From Rhizophagus irregularis (Eukaryota): DNA of 64,000 bases. The stretch is taken from NCBI RefSeq assembly GCF_026210795.1, contig NC_089434.1, positions 3,100,001 through 3,164,000 of the forward strand, written 5' to 3'. Under the pieces are notes generated by a model. It made no database searches. It was not told the DNA's origin and worked only from the letters and a program-made list of their open reading frames with translations. Shown in pieces: positions 48,840-62,587 of this stretch. The translations under genes and the position numbers were made by a program. Numbering within the stretch: the stretch's first letter is position 1; each line of letters opens with the position of its first letter.

Positions 48840-50893
48840 GGGTCTTTGCAATAAAAAGGTATGAAACTCAAACAATATCAAAAATTGAATTAATATTAAA
48901 TTTGCATTTATTTCAGTAAAAAAAACATAATCATATGTGCCGATTTTTGGAATTAGTCTAAATTAAGATTTTTATAAAAATTTAATATTTTAGTAAGATT
49001 AACATTACACAAATCTAAATTAAATATGTGTTACATATTTACATAACTCAGATTTAATAAAAAATAAAAAAATTTTTTTAATCAATATTCAAAAATAACG
49101 GTAATAACCACTTCTTTTTCCCCATCACTTCCCATCACTTTTCCATCATTTTTCTATTCACTTTTATTAAATATGACAAAAAAGTTTATAAGCAAATATA
49201 GCAGTTATTCTTAAGTGGTAAGTAAAAGAAAAAACTTAATATTTTATATACATAGATAAGACATATTTTTTCATAATTTTTAGCTTTAATTTATTGTTTT
49301 TTCTTTGTAAAAAATACATGCAAATAAAAAATAATTATGATGTAAAATAGTTGTAAAATGATTATAGTGTTCCGAAACGAGTCGAGTTGACTCACGAGTT
49401 GGTCGAGTCGAGTCGAGTCAAGTCGAGTTGAAAATTACAATCAAATCGAATTGATTCGAGTCGAGTTAATAATTTAATAAAATCGAGTCGAGTCGAGTTA
49501 AGCCGAATTAAACATAATTCCGGCCAAATTTATGGAATTTCCTTTTTTTGGAAATTATGTTACACAAAATCCGAGACGAAAATTTTTTGAAAATTACAAA
49601 AATGGAATTTTGTGGAACGGCTATCGCCAAAAAAAGGAAATGATTGGCATAGCCAAATAAAATCACGTGATTTAATTCGACTCGACTCGATTCGGTTTGA
49701 CGGGCCAACTCGACTCGAATCAAGTCGAGTTTATATTTTTATAATTTTAAGCTGTCATTCATTCGTTCGAAGTTTAAAAATGAATAATAAGATATTCTTT
49801 TTTTCAAAATAACTAATTATATATTTGTTTTTTATCTTTTAAAATTATTTTATTAGATTTATTCTACTAAAATCCTTAAATGGCAAATAAAATCTTTTAA
49901 ATAAAGTAAAAGAATTTGGGATTCTTTTATGAAAGCATTTTTTGGTAAGAAATAAAATTTTCAGATCAGACTTTATGCAGGTGACAAAATCGTTCATTAT
50001 TATTCCTGGAGATATGCTAACGTCATCATTTTACATTCATTTGAAAGCTGAGAATTTGCTCTATCGTAAGAATTAAAGATCAGGAAAATTGGATCACTGG
50101 ATGAGGCGTAATTAACGATCAAAGTCAAATCAAATTTAAAAATTAAAAATAAATATATTAGACGTAATTATTCACAATCCAGTGATTCAATTCATTCAAT
50201 TTTAGGCTTATTAGATAGACCTCAATTTTCTCTTTTAAATGAATATAATTTCATTCATATAGCTTGCATCTACAGGTATTTAATAAATTTTTTTATATCA
50301 GATTTTATCAAACAAAATTTTATATTAATAATATAATTGATGATTCCTAAACATCTACATATATTAAATGAATTATTTTAAATTTATTTTAAAGATAAAA
50401 GTTGGCATCACCTTAGGGAGCAAAGATCATTCAAATTGAATCACTACATGTGAAGTAATTAATGATCAAATTTAGATAAAATTCAATAAATATACTGAAC
50501 GTAATTACTGAATAACTAGTGATTCAATTCACTTGATTTTAGATTCATTAGATAGATCGATCTCAATTTTCTCTTTCAAATGAATGTAAATTTATTTGTA
50601 TAGCTTATTTCTACGAAGAATTATCAATGATTTTGTCATGAGAGTTATATTTGATCTTTTAAATTTTAATGATATCTTATATTAAAAAAAAATTGAAAAT
50701 TATATAATTAATTAGTTTTTTTTGCATTATCTAGTATAAATTTATTATTCTTATATAAATGATAAGTCATATTTGCTTTAATAAAATTATTTTTGTGTAA
50801 AAAAATTAGATTCCAAGAATCGGCCCATATGTTAGCATATAAAGTAAAATTAAATTTTTTTTTGAGTTTCGTACGCTTTCATTGCAAAGATTT
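48840..50893. mobile_element. Non-autonomous TIR element (~2 kb, GGGTCT-like terminus) containing a GTCGA-repeat insert and an internal direct duplication
   Basis: gggtctttgcaataaaaaggtatgaaactcaaa / tttgagtttcgtacgctttcattgcaaagattt; second inverted pair at ~48932 and ~50810; ~50100-50300 repeated at ~50450-50620. Confidence 0.65.
49366..49730. repeat. CpG-rich (GAGTC/GTCGA)n inverted repeat block, likely TE subterminal repeats
   Basis: gagtcgagtcgagtc runs at 49378-49500 mirrored by ctcgactcga at 49678-49720. Confidence 0.7.
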
Positions 50894-53053
50894 TTAATTA
50901 TCATTTCTTTTTATAATAATATCTGTTCTACAAAAATTTATTTTTGTAATTTTTATTTTTTAAAAAAGGAAATTTAAAAATCATAAGTGTTATAATATTA
51001 CAATACTTTAACTTTAAAAGTAATAATAAGTTGCAACTCTTACTATTATATTATAATATAAAGTAGTAATTATCAATTATATACTACTAATAAAAATTTA
51101 TGAATATTTAACATTATTTTATATAATTATTTATGATCATAATTAACAGAATCCTACCTACTACTAAGATATGTCACTAGTAGAAATTTTACTTTTATAT
51201 AAAATCTTATTTTAGATATACTTAAATTCTATTGGTTAATTAACTAAAAAGAAAAAAAATCATAATAATGTAACATAAAATTTTTCTTTTATAGTAGAAT
51301 CTTTAAAGAATTTTATATGTAAACCTTACCTTAGACTATAGGGTAATCTATTTTAATAGTAGGTAGTCCTTGATTAACTTAAAACTCTTCTATTAAATTA
51401 AATTTTAATTAACCTATTAAAAGTATTTAAGTTTTTTAGTTACTTTAATTATTGAAAAATAGCAATATAATATTTTAAATAAAAAATTAGAATTTAGCAT
51501 TATTAAAGAAAAATTTTTTAACTAGTAATTATACAATATAAAAATTTTAATTTTTCAATTTTAAGCAATTAGTTCCATTATTTAAAAGTTTGGAATTTAT
51601 CTGATAAAAATATTAGAACAAATGAGATTTTCAGTATTTTTAAAATCCTATGATAAAAAACTGAAAAAACTTAATTTGGACAGAGATAAAAAAGTTTTAA
51701 CTTTTAAACAAAGTGATCTTAAATTAGTTCTAAAACTAATTTTAATTTTAACAAATTTTAAACTTAAAATACTTTGAAAACTATTCTAAAAATCAAACTA
51801 AAATTGATTTGAAGAAACTGTTTTAAATCAGATTATCAAAATTTTACTGGTAATTATAAATTGTATTAAGAATTATAACTAATAAGAAGCATTAAAAAAA
51901 ATTGTTTTGATATCCTACTAACTAAATCATTTGATTTCCAATTCTATTATTCTATAAAAATAAGTAATAATAATATATTGACAAGAGTTTAATAGTATAT
52001 TCAAATAAGATAGTTAGTTAGTTACTAACTATTGTTTAATAATCAATCAAAATTTTTTTAATTGATCTTTATTATATACTCTATTTGCATTTTAAATTTA
52101 ATACATATAGCTCATATTTTACTTAATATGAAACTGAAGTAAAATTAACAAAGAACTGAAATAAAACTGATAAACTGATCTCCATTTCTAGTTATAATTC
52201 CAAATGGATAAACTTGAAAATCTGATGAACAAATAGATAAATTTAATATGAAATTTCCTCTGAATATTATTTTAAAATTATTAAATAAAATTTTATAATG
52301 TTTTACAATAATAGAATACATATTTTATTGATTGGTTATTAAGATTATTATATAAATGAAGTTTAATTTAAAATTTCAGTTTGGGTTTAAATTTGTCCAT
52401 TTTGTTCAGATTTGAATAAAATTTTTCCCATATTTATTCAGTTTATCCAGATTAGTATTTAAACTTAATTTTTCCAGTTTTAACATTCAGTTTAAGTGTC
52501 AAGTATAAATGGATCATAAATTGATCTTTTTATTACATAAAATTAGAAAAGATTATAGTTTTCAAAACTATTGGTCATCTTTATTTTAAGAGTATTTTAA
52601 CAAGTTAAATTTTATTATTCTATAATCATTACTGAAATTAGAACTTATTATTCTATTAAATTTATAACAAAAAAACAGAAAACCTTCTTTATAAAAATAA
52701 TTTATTTTGTTTTGTTTTTTACCTTTTAATAGAGTTTATTTTCTTTCTGAAATGTCAACTATTCTTCACTCTTAAAATATTAAGATATTTTACATATACT
52801 TTAAAGAAAATTATTGTTATTTTTCCTTTTTTTTTATCTTATTTATTTTTAGTTTATTTTCTTTTTCTCTTTTTTAAGTAGTTTTTAGCATGGGTAAAAT
52901 TTACTTCAGTTACAATTCCTCAAATGAAGCTAATTTTTGCTTCTAAAGGAAATATTAGATTCAATGTATACAAAATATCTATCCAAAATGTTATAAATTG
53001 GTGTAACCTGTAGATGTCCGAATTCCGAAATTCTAGTGACGGATATTTTTACT

Positions 53054-54082
53054 ATGTCCCGCTTTACTTCAAAATGTTTAATTTTTTTACAATCACATTC
53101 AAATCCATTTCTATCATTATCGAAATTTGATTTTTTTTTTCGACCTTATGTATCATTTTTACAGGTACCGACAAGAAAATTAGATTTAGGTAGTTTAAGC
53201 GATAATCGTAAAGCAACCAAAGAGGTGAATGATAAGCTCTTTCAACCTGAGAAAAATTACAAATTTGAAATTTTCAACAAATTATGTATGTCTTTTTATG
53301 ATTTTGTTTAGAAAAGACGCGTAGGACGTGGGCCAGCTTCAGGTAGAGGCAAAACTTGCGGTAGAGGTCATAAAGGTCAAAAGGCTCGTGGTGGTAATGG
53401 CAAACCAAGAAGAGATTTCGAAGGAGGCCAAACTCCCCTTAGTAGACGTTTTCCTAAAAGAGGTTTTTATAATCTGTATGTAATTTTCAAGAGAAACAAG
53501 GACATTGTTTTACTTTTACGTAACATTATATTTATTGTCTAGCTTCAAAACGACTTGGGCTCCTTTAAATCTTGATAGACTTCAACATTGGATAGATAAT
53601 GGGAGAATAGATCCTTCACAGCCTATTACGATGAAACATCTTTTGGACTCGAGATGTGTAAGAGATGTTAAAGATGGAGTTAAAATATTGGCTGATGTAA
53701 ATACCTTTTTTTTCCATTTTTTTAAGGAAAAAATTTACTTATTAAAATATTTTTTAATAGGGTAAAGAGCATTTCAAGACTCCAATTACAATTGAAGTAT
53801 CACGTGCGTCTCAACAAGCCATAAAAACAATTGACTCAGTTGGAGGAAAGATTACTTGTAGATATTTTAATAAATTAGCTTTAAGAGCTACAATTAAACC
53901 TGAAAAATTTTGGAAAATACCAAAATTCGCTGCTCCGATGAAACAACGCGATATTGGTACATATTTATAAAATTTCACGTGATTCAATTGCTTTTATACT
54001 AAATTTTTAACTTTTTATTATAATAGTTTGGTATTCGGATCCAAAAAATAAAGGTTATCTAGCTTCACCACCATCTCATTAA
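53054..54082 (+). CDS. Mitochondrial ribosomal protein uL15m (yeast YmL10 / MRPL15 family), multi-exon
   Basis: [75 protein letters not shown]. Confidence 0.93.
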
Positions 54083-55201
54083 GATCAATGGGATTAATTT
54101 GCATTCGTGTTTTTATACGTGATTTGATCATAAATAATAAAAATAATAAATGAAACAAACAATAAATAAGATCGTTTTGTTGATAATAAAAAGGCAACAA
54201 TACATATTAAAGTCTTTTTATTTTGTTTTTTGAATTTGCCTTTTTTCATATAGTGATCTTTGTGGTTTTTTCTTTTTTTTTCTTGGTTAATATCTTTTTC
54301 ATAGTAATTACAATAATTAACTATTGACAGCAAAATCGTGAAAAAAGAATAAAGAAATATGTAGGATATAAAAAGATGACGACCAATTTTCTATAATTCC
54401 TAATAACCAACAAAAAAAAGTTTGTTAAAAAAGATTATAAACGTAACATTGAGTTAAGGTTGTATGCGGAAAAAAATGAAGATAAGGGAATAAGGGGAGA
54501 TTTTTCTTTTTTACAATATAATGCAAGGAAAAAAATAATGTTCTTACTTAAAAGGAAAGAAAAAGTGTTGGAATCAACATAAAAATATATATATTATAAT
54601 CAAAAATAGGATTACAAACATGCTCTCCTATTTTTTTTTATAATAAATGTTTTTTGATCATTAAAAGTTTTTAAGAAATAAAATTATTAATCTTTTTAAA
54701 GAGCGATTTTAAAAACAAAGGAGAAATGTTTTTTTTTTTTAAAAAAAGTGATCTTGCAAGAGAAATGAGTCATAACAAATATAAGTAAGTAGCAAGGATT
54801 ATCGCTACAAAAATAAAAAAAAACTAATTACTATATTCAAAAAAATATATATATAAGAGCAAAAATGAAGGAGTTTGGGAATCAATTCGCCGTGTGGTAA
54901 GTTGAAAGGAAAAAAAAAATAAAGGAAAAATTAATTACATTACATACAAAGAGATACCTCCAGATAAAAACATGCAAAATATTTGCATATACAAAAAGTG
55001 CAGTTAGAATGTTTGAAGAAAATAAAAAAAAATAAAATAAAAAAAAATAAAACCTCTTTATTATCAGAAAAATAATAAGGAAGAAAAAAAGAATAATTCA
55101 ACAAATAAAATAGCGAATGAAAAGAGTCCTCCAATTTTTTTAATTAAACATCTTTACACTCACAATATTTCAAATGACCTTTTGTACAAAAAGGGATTTT
55201 T

Positions 55202-57211
55202 TCAAGAAGCAGCTTTAACACCCATACCACCACCTCTTGCATTAGTGTTCCTCATACCACCTGAACTTCGTGAATTTTGATGACTTTGATGGTTTTGATG
55301 ACTTTGAGAGCGATTATTTTGAATATTTTGAATATTTTGATTATTTTGACTATTAATATTTTGATTATTTTGGTTATTCTGAATTTGTTGAGTTTGAGCA
55401 TCATCCAGTGCACTTGGAGCAACATACAATCGCTTGTCAATAACGGGCGGAATAGGTTGAATCTCAGTACCAAGCTCTTGTTCAATCTTGTAAAGATTAA
55501 ACCGATCATCATAAGTGATAAGATTAATGGCAAGCCCAAGATGTCCAAACCGTCCGGATCTACCAATACGATGAAGGTACGTTTCGGCATTTTTTGGGAA
55601 ATCAAAATTAATCACGACATTAACCGCTTGGATATCAATACCACGAGTAAGTAAATCTAATTACATATAAATTCTATTAATAAAATTGACATAGAAATCT
55701 TTCAGTTCACAACATTTACGGAGAATTATCCTATACAAACCTGAGCATACTAAGTTACGACAAACACCGTTTCTGAAATCATGGAAAACACGATTACGAT
55801 GACTCTGTAACATTTTTGCATGACTGTAGAAACATGAATATCCAAGTTCGGTTATTTTCTTCGCAAGAAGTTCAACCCGGTTAGTCGAATTACAAAAAAT
55901 GATAGATTGATTAATTTGTAGCTGTAAATCGTATTAAAACAATAATTTAGTATTTATTTTCTTTATTAATCTAAAGATTAATATAAAATTATTTATACCT
56001 TAGAAAATAAGGTATTAAGACAATGCACTTTCTGCCGTTCTTCAACGAAAGCATAATATTGTGTGACACCACGAAGTGTGAGTTCATCCATTAAATTGAT
56101 TTCATACGGCTTTACAAGATATTTATCCTAAATGACACGCATTAACATATAAACATCATTTTAACAAATTAAGAAAGATAGGTTATCAAGATATTAATAC
56201 CTTAAAACTTTTCACAATCAAGGGAAATGTAGCGCTATATAACATTATCTGGCGATCTTTGGGGAAATATGTTATAAGTTGTTCGACGATCGGAGAAAAT
56301 TCTGGACTCAACAACTTATCTGCTTCATCCATTACGAATGTTGGACATTCGCTGAAGTCGGCTACGCCTTTTCCAGCTAAATCCAAAATACGACCAGGTG
56401 TTCCAACAACAATATGTACAATTTCAGATAAACGTAAAATATCGTCTTTTAACGTTGTACCACCTGTCGTTACCATAACCTGTACTCCCATATGCTTTCC
56501 AAGGGTTTTGCATACTTGCGATGTTTGCAAGGCCAATTCTCTCGTAGGGACGAGTAACAACGCTTGAATTTTCGGTTTTTTCACATTAATTTTTTCTAAG
56601 GCTGGAATAACAAAAGCTGCCGTTTTACCAGTACCATTTTTTGCTCTTGCAAGAATGTCACGACCAGTAAGAGCGATTGGTATGGATTCTTCTTGAATTG
56701 GTGATGGTCTCTCAAATCCGGCCTCAAATATACCCATCAGTAATTCGCGTTTTAGAAAATAGTCTTCGAATTCGTTTCCCTTTGTAGCTGTGACATCCTG
56801 TTGTATAAAACGACACATAAATATATTATGTAAATATGATTAAATTGAAGTAAGAGAATAGTTTTTTTCAATTTGACAAAATTAGTACTTGCCTCTGTTT
56901 GTGGTCGATGATCTTTAGGAGGCAGCCGTAAATTTTTCTTCCAACTATCGTTTTCATGACTACCATTGAATAAAGATCAATCATTTAAATTATCAGAAAA
57001 ATTCATTTTATATATATTATCTAAAAATATAGATTAAACCACACGAGTATTATCAACACTCGCGTCTGAATATTATTATAAAAATGACAACTTTTAAAGT
57101 TGCTTTTTTAAAGCCATAACGTTTTACAATTAACAAAAGCGAAACGAGATAAAGTATAGAAGCTTACTTGAGATGGTGTGGCTGTTGATGATTTGGGAGA
57201 ATTCCAGCCAT
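55202..57211 (-). CDS. DHH1: DEAD-box RNA helicase Dhh1/DDX6 with Q/N-rich C-terminus, multi-exon
   Basis: [64 protein letters not shown]. First-exon assignment (ATG at 57211) is less certain. Confidence 0.96.
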
Positions 57212-58843
57212 TTGAATGTTTTTAAGTTTTTATACAGTGTTATAATACAAGAGTTATTTTGCGTGAATCTTTTTAAAGTTAAAAAAATGCGTGTTGGTTT
57301 ATATGACGGCTGTCCGTCTTTCTTTACTTGTCTTGGTATACCGAACGAAACGATCTCTGCCCGTAAATAAAATATTTGTGAAGAAAAAATTTTTTTTTTT
57401 GTACAGATGTGAAGTTGAGTCTATGTTTAGCTTTATAAATAGTGGCGATGCAGAGCGAATTTCAAAAAAAAAGTTGTTCGTCTTATATACTTTATTAGGT
57501 TGTAAAGCAAACTTTGTCTATATTTTATATTTTTTGGTTAAGTTATCGTCTACAAGCAAAAGACAATTCTCTTTATTGGATTAGGTGGCTTTTTTTCGTA
57601 GTTGAAACGCTGGTAAAATGGTTATTAAGGGAAAAAAAAATTCAACAAGAATAAGAATAATTGTTCCAATAATATAAATAATTTTTTTTTTGTGGGGTTA
57701 AGTTTATGTAACAATACTAGATTTAAACACGTGATGCCGTGTCCTCTACAATTCTGGCCAGAATTAAGAAATCAATTTCTTTTTTTTTATAACAATTACA
57801 TGAATAGCAGATGGAATTTTATTGATTGTTTTACATTTAAGCTTGCTTAAACAAATATTGTTAAATTTATAATTTTTCTAACTTTTATATATATTTAAAA
57901 ATTTAACATTTTAACTAATTATTAATCTATTGAATCTTATTACTATTTAATAACTTTAAAGGTTTATTTAAAAAAGAAAAAGGATTATTTATTGTAATTA
58001 GTAGTGTTGAGCATTTTTAATATCCAATTAAAACAATTGGATTTGAATATGATATGAAATATCCAATTGGATATCCAATTAGATATTCATTTGTTCAATT
58101 ATTCAAATGGTCTAATACTGATTGTAATAGTCATTAAAATTAAAGAATTAGATAAAAATATGGTATATATTATACTATTAATTGATAAAAATTTAATAGA
58201 TTATTAATAAAAAAAATATTTTTTAATACAAAATATATATATAATATAAATTTTATATTTTAATTAAAGAATAATTTTAAAAATTTTAAATAAAATTTTA
58301 TTGAAATTAAAGTTTTATTATATATATTAAATTTTTCAACTAGAGTAAATTTTTATAAAAAAAATTTTAATTTATTTTAATATTACTTTAATTTTAGTTT
58401 ATAATTTATTGACTATAATTTTAATATTAATCAAATAATTTAAAATTATATTTAATAAATATATTTACTATTTAAAATTAATTTATTTTCAGTAAAATTT
58501 ATTTAGTAATGTAATTTTAATTTATATTAATTTTATATTACTTTTACAATTATATATATATAAAATAAATGTATAACATATTAAAAAAAAAATTATATAT
58601 ATAAATAAAAAGATATTACTAAAGTTTATTAGTAATAATTGATATTATATTAATATATATGATAAAATACATTGCAATAATTGTAAACTTAAAAAAATCA
58701 ATAAATTTTATAATAATAAATAATTATTCATTACTATTTGATTATGATGATAAATAATTATTTATTACTATATAGTAATAAGTAGCAGAACCATTAAAAA
58801 AATTTTATATATATAAGTTATGGTTTATAAATTGTAGTATATA

Positions 58844-59325
58844 CAGTTAGCCCTTTCTATAACGAATTTTGATATAATGAATTTCACGATATAACAAATC
58901 TTTAGTGTGGTACGCATTTAGTCATATAAAAAAAAATTTATTACACCAAATTTTACTAATAAAATGCATTATAACATTGAACGAAGAAAAATTATGATTT
59001 CATATATATAAATGACCCTTTTTATAATGAATTTCTTTTAAAACAAATTTGTTTTTTAGTATAATGAAGATTTTTGCAAGATAAATTTTAATATAAAAGA
59101 TAATTTGATATTGCTTTCATGAAATTTTTCCCAAATAAGCAATTTACCATTTTAATTCATTTATCAAAAGATGGATGATTTATGCTTTGAAATTTCTTTG
59201 CCTCTGTGATCATTATACCAAATTTTTCTGCTATACTGAATAATTTGTTATAGCATTAGTGAATTTTCTCATAACAAAGGGCTGATCGGTCTAGACACCT
59301 ACTTCGTTATATTAAGGGCTAACTG
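58844..59325. mobile_element. Tc1/mariner (pogo-like) MITE, TA TSD
   Basis: ta|cagttagccctttctataacgaa ... ttcgttatattaagggctaactg|ta. Confidence 0.85.
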
Positions 59326-59487
59326 TACAGTAAAATTTTGTTAATTTTTGCAATTGGTAAAATTGAATTTATATTCTTATTATAAAGGATATTACATTTA
59401 GCTATTATATTAAAGATAATTAACTTTTTATATACTTTTAACAAATTAATCTATTTTTTAAAAGTTAAAAATCAGAATTATATATAA

Positions 59488-59782
59488 GAGGACTCTGGAC
59501 ATCTCTTATATAGGTCATAACTGATTTTTTGCCAAAAAAGTTCCAATTTGCTTTTTTTTTTATTTTCAGTTTTTTGTGATTATCTCGACATTCAGTAATT
59601 TGATTTATAGATTTTTTTTATTTTGTAGAGCTTGATGAAAGCTATAAAATAAAAAGAAGTTCGCATAAATTGGACTACTGAATGCTGAGATAATTCGCAA
59701 AAAACTTGATTTTTTTTTGAAATTTAGGGTCAATTTGCGAAAGATCAATCTCTGTATTGTATATATGATGTCCAGGATCCTT
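59488..59782. mobile_element. MITE of the 6-bp-TSD family (TSD atataa); related to 22857..23156
   Basis: gaggactctggacatc / gatgtccaggatcctt; atataa at 59482-59487 and 59783-59788; shares the internal dyad atctc..catYcagtaatt...aattggac..ctgRatgcYgagat. Confidence 0.75.
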
Positions 59783-60399
59783 ATATAAGTGTTAACAAAA
59801 TTGTCAAATTGAAATTATAGTATTATAAAATATAAATTTTACTATTTAAATATTTAAGATTACAAGTTATTTATAGTATAATTAAAAAAATATTTAATTT
59901 TTTTGTATAATTTTTATATATTTAATACTAAATAAATATAGCATTATTGTGATTTAATATATTATAGTATAAGCTTTATATATTATAATTAATTTTAATA
60001 GCAAGTATAAAGTTATATAATTTTCTTAAATTATTAAATGTCAAAATATTTGCAAAAAATATTTTTTTTGAATTTTAGCAAAAAGAAATAATTTGGCCAA
60101 AAATCCATTATAGTTTATATTAAATATCTGAAATTCTTTAAATATTATATAGTTAAAAAATAATAATTATTATTATATAGAATATAGTATTTTACTTTAT
60201 ATATAACTATTAGTATTTATTTTAATAAATTTATAAATGTACTGCAGTTAGTATATTTATTAAGAAATAATTTATTAGTAAAAATATTATTAAAATTTTT
60301 AAATTATACGATTTTTTTTTAAATGTACTTGTATTTTATTTATCAAAAAATAAAGTTGTTTGTCAAAAATAAAATGAAATAGTAAACAATTTCAATATA

Positions 60400-60700
60400 C
60401 AGTCAACTCTCTATAAATACATCACTAATACATTCCCTTGGAACCAGGTATAAGAGTGCATTTAAAGAGGATGTGCATTTATAGAATACATATAAATCTA
60501 TATGATATTAATCTAAAATTAAGGTAATACAAAAATTTTATAAGTAAACTATATAAAATTTTTTTATAAAAAGTGCATTTACAGAATACATATATATAAA
60601 AACCATGCATTTAGCATAAAGGCCCAAGTTGGGACTAGATAAAAGGTGCATTTATAGAGGATGTGCATTTATAGAGAGTGCATTTATAGAGAATTGACTG
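60400..60700. mobile_element. Tc1/mariner-type MITE, TA TSD
   Basis: ta|cagtcaactctctataaat ... atttatagagaattgactg|ta; internal gtgcatttatagag repeats. Confidence 0.85.
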
Positions 60701-61313
60701 TAATAAAATTCACTAGTTTCAACAAGCAAGCAACTTTATCAAGGAATTTCAAATTTGTAAACTTTATAAATACCATTTGAAAAATTCTATTTATTTACCT
60801 AATTTGTAGATATATACATTAAAATAAAATAGAATTATTCTAAAAAGATTGGACTATATAATTGACTATATTATTAAAATAAAGGTTAAAATAAATAACA
60901 AAAATTAAATCAAATAAAATACAATAAATGCACTGACATCTATAATTAATAAAATTAATTCTATAAAATAAAGGTTATTTACTTTCAAATTTAATAAATT
61001 TTAAATAAATAAAGTTATATTTAAAATAACTCAGCAAAAATTTGATTATTTTTAAATACTAGTTAATATTTTATTTTTTGGTTTTAATAATAATCACAAA
61101 AAAAATTTAATCAAGTAACATTAAAGTAAGGAGAAGATTATTTTTTTCTTTTAATTTTCATAATTTTTATTTACATGGATCTTGTATATGTGAAAAGTAA
61201 AAAGATTTTTGAAATAATAATATATTTGAATTTTATTCTGTTTTATTTTATTTTTTTTTTTTGTAAAGTCACGGAATATATAACTTTTAGTTGGATTCTA
61301 TTATGTTATACAA

Positions 61314-62067
61314 TTACAGTGTTGTTTTCTTTTGAGCTAAATGAGAATTCAGGCCTTGCTTATTTCTTGCTATTTCAATTGCATAAAACTATAAGAAAAT
61401 TAAAAGATCATATAAGCAAAAGAATTTCAAAAATGCAGAAAATTACCCGTACCTGCATCCGTGTAACTATAATCCAAGATCAAAAAAAAGGATGGTTAAA
61501 CTAATATGATCATCACAATCTCATTCCCGATCATTGTATCTGTGTAAGACCCCACAATAAACTTACCAAACATTGTGTTTTCTTCAGTATAATCACCATC
61601 AACATTTTTTCTTAATAAGGTACCAAAATTATAATCACTAACACGCTTTTCATATTTCATAATCCAATTTCTCCAAATTTCTTTTCCGTTGGTAGATTTC
61701 ATTTCTTCTTCATCTATTTCAATTAATGAAAAATTTGGGAAAGTATTTTGAAAATCTTGATAAATTTCATCATCAATTCTAATTAAGATAAAAAAACTAT
61801 TTTAATTTTTTTAAAAATATTATTTTTTTTTTTTTAATAAAATTCTTATATGAATAAATAATTACGGCGTTAATCGAAGAGATTTTCCATCAATACTCGA
61901 TATTAATCTAAAATATGTTTCTGCATATTGCGTGGCTTTGACCGCCCATTGCTTTTCTTTTTAAAGAAAAGTTTTTATTATTTAATAAATAGGAAAAAAA
62001 AAAAAAGAATTAAAAACTAACCAATCTCTGGGAGTTGTTCAAGTTCATCAGCGCTAGGTAGTGCCAT
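61314..62067 (-). CDS. PBDC1 / DUF757 family protein (yeast YPL225W-like), multi-exon
   Basis: MALPSADELEQLPEIEKQWAVKA; LRLTP.DDEIY; MKSTNGKEIWR; DYNFGTLLR; IEIARNKQGLN. Confidence 0.88.
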
Positions 62068-62587
62068 GGTGGTTTTAACCGTGATTGTAAAAAGTTTGGA
62101 ATAAAAACAATAAAAACGAAAAGCTAGAAAACTAAAATCCGAAATTGACCATCCTCTGTTTTTTTTAGGTATTGAATTCAAAAAAATTGCAACCAACGGT
62201 GAACCAATCAAAATTAATTTGGTAAATTGAACTTAGCCACATAACCGCCATTTCGATGATATTTTAATTTACATATCACATTGCTTCTCTTTTTTTTGTT
62301 TCAATTAAGCATAAAAGATTTCGTGGTTTAAAATCGTAAGAAAACTTTTTTTTCTTTTTCTTTCTTTGTTTATTTTATAATTTAAACCGGTAAGAAAAAC
62401 CAACCTTGGTTTTGCCTTTAATTGCGCAACTTGGTTAGATCCAAATCGATATACGTTATTGTAGAACACCTTTCAACCTTCCTACTATTTTATACAAAAA
62501 AAAATATATATATTCTCAAGTTGTATTTTTATATACTTTATTTTATAATTTTTTTTTTTTTTTGTAATATTAACTTAACAATTCGTC

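Noticed and set aside
50900..53000. Long extremely AT-rich tract as a possible centromere or origin
   Set aside because: No diagnostic structure; consistent with decayed repeat DNA.
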